52,848 bases of DNA from Acidimicrobiales bacterium (lineage in GTDB: Bacteria; Actinomycetota; Acidimicrobiia; Acidimicrobiales; Bog-793), in NCBI GenBank assembly GCA_052146895.1, contig JBKQLZ010000116.1, positions 1 through 52,848 on the forward strand, given 5' to 3'. The notes under the pieces were generated by a model, which saw only the letters and a list, made by a program, of their open reading frames with translations, made no database searches and was not told where the DNA came from. Position 1 is the stretch's first letter, and every line of letters begins with the position of its first letter. Positions 52,586-52,848 of this stretch are shown piece by piece. Position numbers and translations under genes: made by a program.

Positions 52586-52848
52586 GTGGCATCGCGCGCG
52601 CTCGACCCGGTCGAGACTCGGTCGTCGCGTCGCCGCCTGAAGGACCTGACCGACTTCTGCACCGACTGGGTCCGCAAACTGGCACCGATCGCCCTCGTGA
52701 TCGTCGCTCAGCTCTGGCTCTTCCCCATGCCTCTCGGGGTGTGGATCGAAGGCGCCATCGTCGGGATACTCGGCGCCCTGATGGCCGTCGCTCTCGGGCT
52801 CATATACCGGTTGAACCAGGTCGTGAACTTCGCCATGGCGGACTTCGG
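52586..52848 (+). CDS. Branched-chain amino acid-type ABC permease, partial (runs off the window)
   Basis: Hand translation gives ...GAIVGILGALMAVALGLIYRLNQVVNFAMADF, a LivH-like N-terminal motif. Start uncertain. Confidence 0.7.
   Translation, partial: MASRALDPVETRSSRRRLKDLTDFCTDWVRKLAPIALVIVAQLWLFPMPLGVWIEGAIVGILGALMAVALGLIYRLNQVVNFAMADF

Noticed and set aside
1-52848. rRNA, tRNA, CRISPR arrays, IS elements, integrases, prophage or defence systems other than TA
   Set aside because: Nearly all sequence is explained by the listed CDSs; intergenic gaps are short and show none of these signatures.

Overview
High-GC, densely coding bacterial chromosome window. Gene content (Prim-PolC, LLM/F420-type oxidoreductase, VapBC, many leaderless-type starts) points to an actinobacterium, possibly Acidimicrobiia; this is inferred, not checked. 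About 52 CDSs are present. Main blocks: (1) mixed metabolic genes, 1-13.6 kb: kynU, Prim-PolC, GDPD, MscS, a secreted beta-helix protein, PhzF plus FAD oxidoreductase, MFS, MBL-rhodanese, PEP-mutase family, AKR. (2) An anaerobic-type corrin-ring operon, 13.65-22.9 kb: cobO-cobB-cbiL-cbiF-cbiD-cbiET-cbiGH-ferredoxin-cbiC-cbiX, with no cbiJ/cobK and no room for a B12 riboswitch. (3) A molybdo-oxidoreductase/cytochrome b pair. (4) A padR-thioesterase-[pncB::pncA fusion]-CoA transferase run, divergent from a carotenoid-oxygenase-family gene. (5) A polyamine/GABA catabolic neighbourhood, 36.3-47.5 kb, with an Lrp/AsnC regulator and paired 15-bp boxes 31 bp apart; it is interrupted by a vapBC pair, an orphan antitoxin and a truncated ECF sigma chimera. 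(6) uppP, MFS, LLM oxidoreductase, PaaI, a Gpx-family peroxidase that lacks its expected stop and runs into arfB, and the start of an ABC permease. No rRNA, tRNA, CRISPR array, transposase or phage gene was seen. I cannot claim a wholly new system from sequence alone. Best leads: the PncB-PncA fusion, the ferredoxin in the cbiJ-less cob operon, the Lrp-box polyamine regulon, the CTG-initiated cobB, the sigma2-only chimera and the gpx/arfB junction. All product calls come from motif recognition, without database searches.
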